DNA from: Adineta vaga
Lineage: Eukaryota > Animalia > Rotifera
Assembly: GCA_021613535.1 (NCBI GenBank)
Contig: CP075493.1
Span: forward strand, 4,836,001-4,900,000
Direction: 5' to 3'
Length of the DNA: 64,000 nucleotides
Of this stretch, positions 27,201 to 39,092 are shown in pieces. Both the position numbers and the translations under genes were made by a program. Position 1 is the first letter of the stretch. Every line of letters starts with the position of its first letter. The notes below the pieces were generated by a model. The model was given only the letters and a program-made list of their open reading frames with translations. It did no database searches and had not been told where the DNA came from.

Positions 27201-28545
27201 CTTCTTCTGTATACACTGTCATAACGTTAGCAACTGGTAGATATTCTTTCCGGATGCCAATGAAATACGGAATAGTCCTTGATTTTTCCATTAGCTTCTT
27301 CATGACATCAAGTAACTTCAAGGTAATAATAAAAAAATCTTATTTTGACAAAAGAAAAGATTGCTAATTAGTCAGTTTGAAGTTATTTCTCATATTGAGA
27401 GACCATTATGAACATTAGAATAAAAAAACGTTTTATTTAGATCTAATGACGATGCGATATTTGTTGCTGCTTTTTTTCTTGCTCAGTTGCTAATTTTAGT
27501 CATATGAAACATGTGAAAAACATAATTAAAAGGTGAAAGATGAATCTTTCAATCGTGAGACTTATATATTGCCTAGATGATCTTATTTTCTCTATTTACA
27601 AAAGCTTTTAGTGAAACATTAATAGAATAGAACTATCTGTCAATGTTCTTCACAGCATGATTTCCGAATATGACATTATAGATGTGCTTCTCTACCTTTG
27701 TGAACGGCATTAAAATAAGCAAGTATTAAAGGTGAGTAAGTTCGCAATCATCATATTAAAAAGGATCTGACGAGAGAGATGTGTTCACCATCTGTGTAGT
27801 TTTATCTGTCAAAATATGAAATTTTCTTTTTTTTTCTATATCAGTCAGTATAATACAAGCTAAAATTAAGCTTATATTTTCTTCATGGATTATTAAATTC
27901 TTTTTTTTGCTATTTTGTCTTCATTTTACTGTCGTCAAAGAAAATTATTATGTTTCTAGAATTGACGTTTCATTCGTACAGACTACATATCCGATTTATG
28001 GTTTCCTGATTATAGTCAATTCCATATCTTTTTTTCTAGTCAGATATTCTTTGAAAACATCAAAAATATCTATCTATCTAGTACAGGTACCATAATCAGA
28101 ATCGTGAGAAAATATTTGTTTATCTAACGAACAACTTGATAGAATTTCCTTTCTTTTTCGAAGAATAAGTATATTAATATTGCTGTTAGTAATGTTTCTA
28201 TATCTGCACTAAAAAAAACCTACTCATTTCAGGCATGATTAAATCTTTTCATCTTTTCAAGAAAATGAAGTTTTTTGAGATTGTCAAAAACGTTAATTAT
28301 GCATATAGACAGCGATTCATTCTATAACCATTCTTTATCACCTTATATTATTACATTATTTATAAATATGTTTTCATAGAAAGAGAAAAATAATCTTTTA
28401 AAATGACGTCTCTCTTTTTCGCATTCCCTTAGGAGATAATTACTTTCTCTTTTTACACGGATCGTCGCTCAAGCGATGTCTAGTAATATGAAATTGAGAA
28501 GCGAAGAGAAAAGACAATTCTACTATGTTTTATTTCTCATTTCAG

Positions 28546-31500
28546 ATGATGACAAACAAGTTTATCCTTAGATGGATAATCTTCTGTACATCTCTATCAT
28601 GGATTCATGCACAAAATAATCGATCAATAGATATGGTAGCTATTGCCAAGCCACATCCAAAAGGTACGCTAGTAAAATTTTATATAGAGCTTTTGTCGCA
28701 TAAAATCTAATTAATATGTAAATAAGTCAATTTCTTGAATTTTCACCTAAATAAGTTTAATGAAAATCTAGTAAACAAAGTAATTTGAATTTTTTGGACA
28801 CAGTATTTGCTTATAATTAAAGTAGTAAATTGAATTATCGAAAGAATCCAATCATCTAGTGAAGGTTATGTGTCTCATTCGTTATCACTTTTATGTTATC
28901 ATTAACGACTCAATTTCTAATGCGATGAAGAAAAAGTATACATACATGTATATGCTTAATCAAAAACTACAGGTATATTGATGAGTCAACTGATAGACAT
29001 CGAACACGATTGGAATAATTTGAGATGAAAGGTCCACATTCCTATGTCAAATAGAAAGAAGAATGAAGATTAAAGAAAATATCATTGAATATAACAGATT
29101 AAACTTCAGACATGATGAACTTTGAAACATTTGATACAAATCAGATGATATAAGAAAAATAAAAAGAAGAAATTTATGATATCTTATGAATTGTCATTGA
29201 AGATTTGACATTGTCTTTTAGTTTGTCGGGATATTCGTATAACAATATTTGAAGTTCGTCGAGGTCTTGATTTGCAAATGTTTGCATCTTGTGAGATCGT
29301 TATTGGTTCCATCATTTTTGCTCCAATGCCATTGACAACTAATATGACAACAACAACAATATCACCAAATGAAACAACTACAGCTTCAACACTAACATCA
29401 GACAATTTGGCACCTGTTCGTTTTCCTTATCTTCGTGAAGTTTACGGGTACATGCTTTTGGGTTACTCATCACTTCGTTCATTTTCTTCGATGTTTCCAC
29501 GTTTATCTGTTATACATGGTCGAGTACTTTATCATGGTTATGCATTAATTATAATGGAAAATTTACAATTAGATGATTTAGGTTTAACATCATTGATTAA
29601 TATTCGTCGAGGCAATATTATTATTGCACGAAATGCTCAATTATGCTACGCAAAAACAATTCGATGGTATGATATTATTGACAATAAAAAAGCACAAGTT
29701 ATTCTTCGACAAAATCGTGATAATTGTGCATTTTGTCCGACATGTCCATCTGCATGTTGGTCGCCCACACAATGTCAACATCAATGTTCATCGCACTGTA
29801 AAGGTAATTGCTTATCCGAACAAGTTTGTTGTCCTGATCAATGTGTCGGCGGATGTTATTATCAAAATGTGACAGCATCAACCAATTTAGTTTGTAATGC
29901 TTGTCGTAATATGAGAATTTATGCGACAGGAGAATGTGTACAACAATGTCCAGCACAGATGTTAAAGGTAAATGATAAAAATTTTCTCATCGAATGTAAG
30001 AAACATTCTTTTTTCTAGGTCGTGGACTCTCTATGCGTGACACGTCAAGAATGTACATCATTCTTCTTTGGTGAAGGCTATATCTTAGATGAAACAAATG
30101 AATGTGTACCAAAATGTCCATCCGGTTTTGATTTACTCTTAGGCACACGTTGTGTACGTTGTAATTCATCACCAGAAAATAATTATTGTCATGGCGCATG
30201 CCGAGAACAACATATACGTTCAATTAGTGATTTTAATTTATTAAGATATTGTTCACGTGTTCATACATTGAATATTTATAACATAGCAGCAGTTGAATCA
30301 ACGGATAATAATCTTTTAGATGCATTTAGTGCTTTTGCATCTCTTGAACAAATTGATCATGAATTTACTATTCATAATGTCAATATATTTTCATCATTAA
30401 GTATATTTTCTAAATTAAAACGTATTGGTATATCATCGAATGCAACAATAACAATTGAAGAAAATGATTTTCTTAGTGATTTATGGCCTTCAAAACATCC
30501 ACCACCGATTATGCAAGGAAATTTAAATATTGTTCGAAATGCACGACTTTGTTTAAAACGTATCGAATTATTTATTGATTATACAACTTCGATAGAAAAA
30601 GGTAAAAGCAAAGGAAACATAAAAGAAAAATCAAACTATTCATTTGGGTTGTGTTTTTGTTTTAGATTTACTAATTACAAATAATACATTTAATGAATAT
30701 GCGAATGGCTATTTAGCATCATGTGAATCAAATTTATTAACAATAACTGTTGATAAAATTCGTTCCTTAACAGCACAAATTGTTGTTGCTGTACCGAAAC
30801 AATTATTTTTTCGTTCAGGTGGAAAAGCTGATTATTTACGTCGACCATTTCTATCCGTCTATTACAAAGCAACTCAAACACGAAATGAAACACATTTTGA
30901 TTCAACACAATCTCATAAATGGTTGAGAATTGTCGAAAAAGTTAATTATAATCCATCACCACACGGTAAATATCGTTTTCATCATCATCATATCTATTGA
31001 CGCATTTTTAATCATTCAAGTATAACGAGAGATAATTTGTGTGTTATACATAACAACGACAAAAGAGGTTATTAATCAAGATGTCAATCATTTTATATAT
31101 GATTTGACATGAATTAAATTTCGATTAGAACATCGTCCTTCACACGAAAGATTGTTGTTGATTTAATAAATGAAATTTGTTAGATATTTGATAAAAAAAA
31201 AAAGAACTACTTCTTTTTTAGGTGGATCATTTACAATGAGTGTAGACTTATCGTCTTTACTCGGTGCAACATCGTATGCTGTTTATGCATCGATCACTTC
31301 CAATGTTAATACAGTTGGTTTGTATTCCACAATTGCATATTTTCGTACATTACCTCGTCAACCTGAACCAGTTTTGAATTTACGTGGAGAAGGATTATCA
31401 AGTAATTCAATTGAATTAATGTGGCAACCACCTTCAAAACCTAATGGTGAAATTGCAACTTACTTGATTTATTATGCACCAATAGAAGATCGATTACCGG

Positions 31501-34177
31501 TTGATAATTCGAAAATACTTTGTTTAATGAAAGGTAAATAATAGATAATCATCTTGAGAGGAGAGAAGAAAAGATGTTTTTGTTTAGATCGTTGGCATTC
31601 GGAAGTTTCTGTTTCAAATTCTGAATTGAATCTCACAACATCTAATCGATGTTCTCGAACAAAAACAAAATTAAATAGTATGATAGACAATGTAGATGAT
31701 AGTTTTTCAGAAGAACAAGAAGAAAATACTGGTATCGATCAAGTTGTGACGGATTTAGCTATTCTTGAACATCAATTAATCAATTCTGTAACAGAACGAA
31801 AAGAACCATTATATATACGTCCAGATTTAAAAGATACAATTATTAATGATTTAGATCATTATTTTGAAGATAAAAGTAGCTCTCTCAATGAACAATATAA
31901 AGCTGATGTATCTGTTGAACAGAAAATTGTTGAACATATTCCATATATAAGTACATTTAATCGAACGTCAACAACAACACGTATTATTATCAATGATTTA
32001 CAATATGCTCATATGTATATGTTTCAAGTATTTGCTTGTCATGATATTACACAACAAAGTAAATCAGATGCATGTAGTTTAAATGGAATTATTATTACTG
32101 TTCGAACAAAACCCGGTGATCGTATGTATTTTTAATCAAAGATTTGTTTACATGTGGAAAATTTTCTTTTTAGCTTCATTGGATTTAGTACGAAATGTAC
32201 AATTAACTTCATCTGTTGATAGTTCAATGCGATTATCAGCAGATGCAAAAACTGTCGGTTATCAAGTATCATGGCTTGACCCATTGACACCCAATGGTCT
32301 TGTTTATTTTTATACAGTACATGTCGATCAATACAGTTTAAATGGACCAAAAGAAGAACGTTGTGTTGGTCATAATATTCATTCGATAAATGTATCTCTC
32401 TTACCTAAAACACATTATCGTTTACGAATTGTTACATATACAATAGCAAGACTCAATCATGAATATGAAGATCATAAACAATTAACTGATGATACATATT
32501 TCTTAAATACAACTAATTTATACTATCAACTTTTCTTTACAACTGTAGATATACCGAGTAAGTTTAAATAATTGTTCAGTACTTATATATAACGAAAGAT
32601 ATATGATCATTAAGATCGTGAAGCCATTCGACAAAATCGAATTGCACTATTCATGATAATTATTGGTTCAATTATTCTTCTACTAAGTGTTATACTCGGT
32701 GCACCATTTTATTATTATAAATACAGTCGTAGTGATAATAAAGCATCAATATCGAAAAATCCAAATTATGGTTTGTCAATGATTTATAATAGAATTTGAT
32801 ATTCATATTTGTTTGTTTCTAGAATTATATACACCGGATCAATGGGAAATTGATAAAGATTCAGTAACATTAGATAAATTAATTGGTCAAGGACATTTCG
32901 GTCAAGTTTATCAAGGTGTTTTGAAATTATCTGATGGAACATTAAAATCATGTGCGGTTAAAGTACGTAAAGCAAAAATTCGATGTTTTTATCATGAAAT
33001 TTTTCTATTGGTTATGTTTTATTTAGCTACGAACGACACATCCAACAGATTTACTACAAGAAGCATCTATAATGAAGTTTGTTATTTTTATTTATTTCTT
33101 TTACTTAGAAAGAAAACGAATGACTCAATTTGATGATATTTTAGACAATTTCAATGTTACCATGTGATTCAATTGTATGGAATATGTTCACGTATACGAC
33201 CACCATATGTTGTAATGGAATTGATGGAAAATGGAGATTTGAAAAATTATCTCTATCGATATCGACAAAGTGAATTAAATGTAAGTTTAAAACTTTTTAT
33301 TCTTTTGAAAAAAGTAAGTAAACGTCAATATTATGTTTGTTTTTTAGCCAAATGGTCCAACATTACCAGAAGCAGCAATGATTCAATTAGCATTGGATAT
33401 TGCAGATGGCATGTATTATTTATCCGATCAAAAATTTGTGCATAGAGATTTAGCTGCACGAAATTGTCTTGTCAATGGAAATCATACGTGTAAAGTTGGA
33501 GGTAAGAAAATGAACTATTCATGCGTTAGTTACATACGATCTATTTGATATTTATTTTCTAGATTTTGGTTTAACACGAGATATTTATGAAACGGATTAT
33601 TATCGACGTGGTGGTCGAAGTTTTCTTCCAATTCGATGGATGGCTCCGGAAAGTTTACGCGATGGTCGTTTTGATACAGTTTCTGATGTTTGGTATGAAG
33701 GATATTTTTATATATTTGTCTTCTTTCTATCAATCTCGTTTTCTATTTCAGGTCATTTGGTGTTCTTCTTTGGGAAATTGCGACATTAGCTGAACAACCT
33801 TATCAAGGTTATGGTAATGAAGAAGTTGTACATTATGTTCGATATGGAAATATAACTTTGGAACGTCCAACAAATTGTCCGGAAATTTTGTAAGTGATAT
33901 TTTTGATTTCATGAAAATTTTTAATTGAAATACTTTTAGACATCGATTGATGCGTGCTTGTTGGACATTTTCTCCCGGTGATCGTATTTCATTTCGATCG
34001 ATTGTAGATGAATTAATTCCATATGAAAGCGAAGATTTTCATTTACATGCTTATTATCATACACAACCGAATCAAACACGACAAACAAGTTTACTTGATA
34101 GTATTCATAATGAAGAAGAAGATCTTCTATTAGCCGATGAAATTGATGATGACAATGATAATTCTCACCATTTATAA
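28546..34177 (+). CDS. INSR-like: Insulin/IGF receptor-family tyrosine kinase
   Basis: Signal peptide; L1 (VCRDIR...[10 protein letters not shown]), furin-like Cys-rich, L2, three FnIII, TM, NPNY juxtamembrane motif; kinase [37 protein letters not shown]. Confidence 0.93.
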
Positions 34178-34329
34178 TGACTCAATTGATTTTGTTTCAT
34201 TCTTTCGTGTATTTTTCGTTGCGAATGAATTCGATTCTTTTTCTCTTTCTAACTGTTATTTTATATTCATTATGTAAAGTGTACAAAGAAAATAAAGAGT
34301 AATATCAATTCTTTTATAGATAGTAACGT

Positions 34330-35547
34330 ATGAATCATACACAAGAATCGGAAAAAGTACTGAATTCTTATGGATTTTTTGTTTCACCCGATGAATTGAA
34401 GTAAGATGAAAAGAATCATATCTCTTTCATCGATTTTTGCTTATGTTTCAGTACGGAAGAAATTATAGATGCACGTGTTGCCCGTCGTCGAGAACAAAAA
34501 TGGCTGGAAATGTTTTCACAATGGCCTAAATTTATTCAATTTCGTTTTGATAAAGTGAAATCACGTTGTCGAAAAGGTATACCAGCATCTGTACGTGGAC
34601 AAGCATGGTATCATTTATCAATGGCCAAATATCGACAAGAAAATGAAGATCGAAATTGTTCGACAGGAAAATTATTTTCATATTATCTAACAAAAAAACC
34701 TGACTCACGAATTATTGATGATATTAATAAAGATTTACCGAGAGCATTTCCTGAACATGAAATGTTTCAAAGTGATAGTTGTGGGTAAATTATTCTTAAG
34801 AAAACCGCTCAGATGTCATAATATACAAAAAAATCGTTTGTTTTCTCTCTTCGCAGTCAACAAAGTCTATCGGATGTTCTGAAATCCTATGCGATTCATG
34901 ATCCTGAAGTTGGATATTGTCAAGCTCAAGCACCTATTGCCAGTGTTCTTTTGATGCATCTTCCACCTGAACAAGCATTTTGGGTATTTGTACAAATCAA
35001 TGAAGAATATGTAAAAGGATATTTCAGTGATGGACTAATGGCAATCAAAGTAGATGCAGCAGCAACAGAATTACTCATCCAAAACGTTTCACCGAAAGGT
35101 TACCGTTTACTTGTATGTATCGATCAAATCTTCTTCACAAAAAACAAAATTCTCTTTCTATAGCGTAAGCTTAGTGTTGATCCATTATTGTATACAATTG
35201 ATTGGTATATGACATTATTCTCTCGTACATATCCAGCACCACAAATCTATCGTATATGGGATATGTTCTTTTGTGAAGGTGTTAAAGTAATATTTCGTTT
35301 AGCTCTTATTATTGTACGTGAAACACTTGAAGTTGGTCCATCGGATTTAGTTCAACGAGCACATCGTTGTGATAATGATATGGATCTTGCTGCACTTATA
35401 AAACAAACAGCAAAACAAATTTCAGTCGATGATTTAATCGAAAAAATGAATAAACTTCAAATAAGTGATCTTGATCTTGCTCAAGCATGTAAACAAGCAC
35501 GACAGCAACTCACTGAAGAATTACGATCAAAACCAAAACGAAAATAA
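34330..35547 (+). CDS. TBC1D10: TBC-domain RabGAP, TBC1D10/EPI64-like
   Basis: RCRKGIPASVRGQAW, DINKDLPRAFPEHEMF (Arg finger), GYCQAQAPIA (Gln finger), RIWDMFFCEGVKVIFR. Confidence 0.9.
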
Positions 35548-35755
35548 TATTTCTATTTTTACAAAAAAAACAAAAGCATATTTTTGTGTGATACATATAT
35601 TTATCGGACTATTTGTTTTTAAATGTCTTTCAATTAAAGTGTAATAAATTGAAATTTCTTGAACAGTTCATGTCTAATTCGAAAATGAAAATTTGGAATT
35701 TTATTGCAAAAGAAAAATAATGTTATAAACATGAATATATTCACACATCATTTTT

Positions 35756-37062
35756 TCAATCGTTTGATAATGATAGTGCTGAATCTATCAAGACATTTCG
35801 ATGTGGAGATTTTAATGATGTCCTTCGTATGGATGCAAGTATAATAGTTGGTGATTTCTTTGATCGATGATTAAATGTCATATATATAAATGGATTTAAA
35901 CTACTTTGTGCTAAACATATCATTTGTAAAACACCATCAAGCCATGATGGAATACGTAGACGACCATTGGAATAGATTTCAATTAATGTAATCACAATAT
36001 AGGGTGTCCAACAAATAACAAAAACAATAATAATAGTCATTGCTAGTTTAACTGTTTTGATTTTGGCTGGTGAGGTTGCTGATGATGAAAGATATGTTGT
36101 TGTTGTTTGACCACGAATTTGTTGTATCCAAACTTTTGTTGATGATGCAACAACATGAATGATTTTTGTATACCATATTGTCATACAAACAGCAGGAATA
36201 ACCAAAACATAACAAGCAAATGTAGTAAAATAGACTCGACGTTGCCATTCAGCTGTATAACCTGTACTCGCACAACGAGATTTCGTTGGATTTTGTATCA
36301 TTGGACTTTGTTCGAAGATAAATAATTGTGGTATTGCTGCTATTAATGAACTTAACCAACATATAATTATAATACGACGTACACGTCGAAGTGCTGTACA
36401 TGATCGAAATGGACAACATATTGCTTCATATCTAAATTTGAAAAATTTCTTTTCATCATTTATAACTATCTTAATTTTCGAAAAAGATGAACTATGACCT
36501 TGAATAGAATAATGTTCTTTATCACACAGGAACTTTATCTCATTATTATTTCCGTATTCGTAATCTATGACAATGACGTCTTTTGACTATTAGCACAAGG
36601 TCAGCTGAACACACTTCCTGTCTACTATCACGCCACTCAAGAATACTTACTAACTTGTTTTTTTAAAATAAGTCAAACATATAATCATATAAAAGTCCTT
36701 TCATACCTATCATAGGTCATTGCGACATTAATAAATGTTGTAGATGCTAATGTAACAACTTGAATGTATAAGGTGACTTTACATGCAAGATTTCCCAGAA
36801 TCCATTCTTGATCGAATATTAAAAGAAATAATTCCGATGTCATAGTACAACAACATATAGTTAAATCGCCAATAGCTAAATTTAATATAAATAAATGTAA
36901 TCGAGTACGATGTCGTCGGCGACGACATAATAATTCAAAAATAATATAACTATTTCCAATTAATGTTATACACATAATGATCGATAAGATAAATATACGA
37001 ATGATCTTATCTGCTGACCATCGACGATGTGAGAGAAAGAAATTTGATGAGGAATTCTTCAT
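35756..37062 (-). CDS. Rhodopsin-class peptide GPCR, vasopressin/GnRH/CCAP superfamily-like
   Basis: GN in TM1, NLAIGDL in TM2, DRY split by the intron, AIPQLFIF, AKIKTVKL, CWTPY, NPFIY; two coding exons. Exact ligand class cannot be assigned. Confidence 0.88.
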
Positions 37063-37503
37063 GATAAACTGAAAAAGAGAAAGAAAAAATTCGTTTCTAT
37101 ATAATACTTCGATAATCTTGAATGAACTCGATTGATTTCAAGAAAAATAAAGCGAATTGAATCGATCGTATCTTAGACAAATCATACGTTAATTCATTCT
37201 TGAATAGAACAATGTTTGTGGATTTATTAGAAGACCAAACGATGAATAATCTCTTCATACAACTCATTGCTATCTCTATTATAATAGACTGGGATTGATT
37301 ACTTGAAAAAGAATACTGACAGACGAAGTATCCATCTGTCAAGTGCAAGTAAATGATTATTGTGAAAAAATATTCTAACATATATTTTCTTTTTCTCGAC
37401 TCAAAGAATCATTTCTTCTTCTTTTTTTCTTCTTATTGACAAATAACAAGAAGAAGAAGAAACATTTTTCTGACGATGCATAAATAATTCATTATCAATC
37501 GTT

Positions 37504-37531
37504 TTCTTCTTCTTCTTCTTCTTCTTCTTCT
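37504..37531. repeat. (TTC)n microsatellite
   Basis: About 9 tandem TTC units. Confidence 0.9.
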
Positions 37532-38999
37532 TTCCTATGTCTAGTTAGCAATGATATGTCAAATTGAGAGGTACTTCTTGCATTACTTCATCTATCAATT
37601 ATTTATTTTTATCAACAGAAAAATTCATTGTTTCTCAAAAGTGACACAATGTTTATTTTTGTTCGAACCATTTGTCTTTTTTTTAAAACAAAAGAGTATC
37701 ACGGCACAGATGTGAATATTTCATTAACAATGTGCTCTGACTGAATGAATAAATACTTTCGAATAGTTTTTCTTGTAATAAATTAAATATTTTTAGTACT
37801 TCAACAGCTTTCTCAATTTTTCTCTCGATAGATTAAAAATCCCATATGATTAACAGCTGATTAATAAAATATGATTATCGTATAATGAATTTTTCTGAAC
37901 CACTAACCGATAACGAAATTCCCTGTAGTAGTTACCCGTCCTTTTACGGAATATTTAAAGTCATTAGTTGTTTCTACTCTAAACTTTGAAGAAAATATAA
38001 TAAACTGTCATTTATCACGATATTGTTAAATGACTTTCTGTGTCTTTCAAACTGTCGAGGTCATTGTTTGGGCAACGTATCGCTTATTATTCAACAATCT
38101 TTACAAACAAAAAAGTGTACGTCAGCAGGGTCTTGTACTCTCAGAAAAAGCGCATGTACTCATATAATAGAATAATCAAGTTTTCTTCGATGATTCTATG
38201 TCGCTAACTGTTTCAATACGTCTCTTTTCTCTCTGCCCGGAATTTTTTTAATCGAATGTGTTTCTTGTTTAGATAAATAAAAGATTCTTTTCTATCTTAT
38301 ATTAAAATGAAAAAATACATTACTAAGCAATCGTGACATTCTTAAGATAAAGAAGTGCATATTTAGTATGCAAAACAATCAATCTTCTCATATATTCAGT
38401 AATAATCGATTCTCTGTAAAAGATAATACAATTCGAAGTACTTTGGAGAATTAGAATGATTGACATATATTCTCGAAATTGAATATGAATTCAATCAAAA
38501 CACAACACTGTTTATATTTTATTTATTTGTTACTGTTCATGTACAATTCAACTAAAAGCATATTCTTTCACTTTTCAGTAGTAGCGCCTAATTTTTTATC
38601 TTTAACATGTTACATGAGTCACTCGCAATACATAGTGATATAACTGATATATATATATATAAAAGGTGAGTTTTTCCTTCATTAAAGAATATGAAGATAA
38701 AAGTTGACTATTTTATTCAAATCAAACAATGCTTTGAGACATTATCAAGTCTGTTGTCTTATTTCAAGAACTATTCATTTCTTCGAATGGCATTAGTATT
38801 CATATAATTAAGATCGATATTTCTTACGAATGGTATTATTAATGATCATCTAATTGTGATAGTTATGACGAAACGAATCAATTTTAAGAATTTAGTTAAC
38901 CACGTAGATACGTGCGACATCTGAATGTGAAAAAGAAATATTTGATTCGCATGAAAAATCTGTGCAATCAACAGAAAGCTATCGCTAGTATTGACAACT

Positions 39000-39010
39000 A
39001 TGACATAGCA
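39000..39010 (+). promoter_or_regulatory. Candidate antioxidant response element (ARE) upstream of KEAP1
   Basis: ATGACATAGCA matches RTGACnnnGCA and has an AT-rich 3' flank; about 90 nt before the KEAP1 ATG. Confidence 0.45.
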
Positions 39011-39092
39011 TAAATTTGTACCGATGACAAATGCAAAAAGTTTCTTTTCGTTCTTTTCGAATTAAGTGGAAGAAAATCTAGAAAGCTTCATT

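Noticed and set aside
27225-27262. QLVDILSGC, resembling an insulin B-chain next to the receptor
   Set aside because: Flanked by in-frame stops, wrong Cys spacing, no CG motif and no A-chain found.
28530-28548. TTTCAG|ATG at the receptor start as a trans-splice site
   Set aside because: Strong upstream cis donors exist (e.g. aggtgagt near 27731), so an ordinary 5'-UTR intron explains it.
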